DNA of 64,000 nt from Candidatus Omnitrophota bacterium (GTDB lineage Bacteria > Omnitrophota > Gorgyraeia > Zapsychrales > JBDRMG01), in assembly GCA_043812495.1 (NCBI GenBank), contig JBDRMG010000018.1, positions 7,651 through 71,650 of the forward strand, in the 5' to 3' direction. Both the position numbers and the translations under genes were made by a program. Below are positions 63,899-64,000 of this stretch, piece by piece; the first letter of the stretch is position 1; the number at the start of each line of letters is the position of its first letter. A model generated the notes under the pieces. That model was not told the DNA's origin. It searched no databases and saw only the letters and a list, made by a program, of their open reading frames with translations.

Positions 63899-64000
63899 TT
63901 AATGAAGCCGTCCCAAATTTGATACTAGGCGAGTTTTGGATCCCTTATATTTTCAATTAGTTATGAAACTGGTTAAAGTTTCGAGAAAGCCGTTGAGGTA

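Noticed and set aside
63899-63945. Possible further repeat copy beginning TTAATGAAGCCGT
   Set aside because: Only a 13-nt match to the end of copy G; the rest does not follow the family pattern within the window.

Overview
Bacterial genomic window, with almost all genes on the minus strand. Gene content and repeat style suggest Candidatus Omnitrophota (inference, not verified). The right half is housekeeping: ligA, xerD, a tRNA nucleotidyltransferase, rbfA-nrnA-truB-ribF, a dcw cluster running mraZ to ftsA (no murB or ftsZ, one inserted zinc peptidase), tRNA-Arg(UCG) beside a small GIY-YIG gene, and gcvT-H-PA-PB-lplA. The left ~30 kb is the candidate novel system. A type II secretion / pseudopilus cluster (exeA, gspC-like, gspD, TPR ... 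gspE-PilZ, gspF, peptidase, gspG, I, J, K) is split by two modules. The first is a surface-fibre operon: three paralogous secreted beta-sandwich proteins, a 1324-aa LamG protein with 42 'G(I/V)NW' repeats, and a membrane-anchored protein with an internal duplication. The second is a very divergent F-type ATPase module (alpha, epsilon, c, a hidden frameshifted second c, b-delta fusion, gamma, beta) with no subunit a. A short orphan b-delta paralog, glycosylation genes and an S41 protease lie upstream. The protease has its catalytic Lys/Gln positions swapped and a 354-bp in-frame palindromic insertion in its signal peptide. A family of modular, nested palindromic elements fills many intergenic gaps. 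All calls come from reading motifs by eye; no searches were run.
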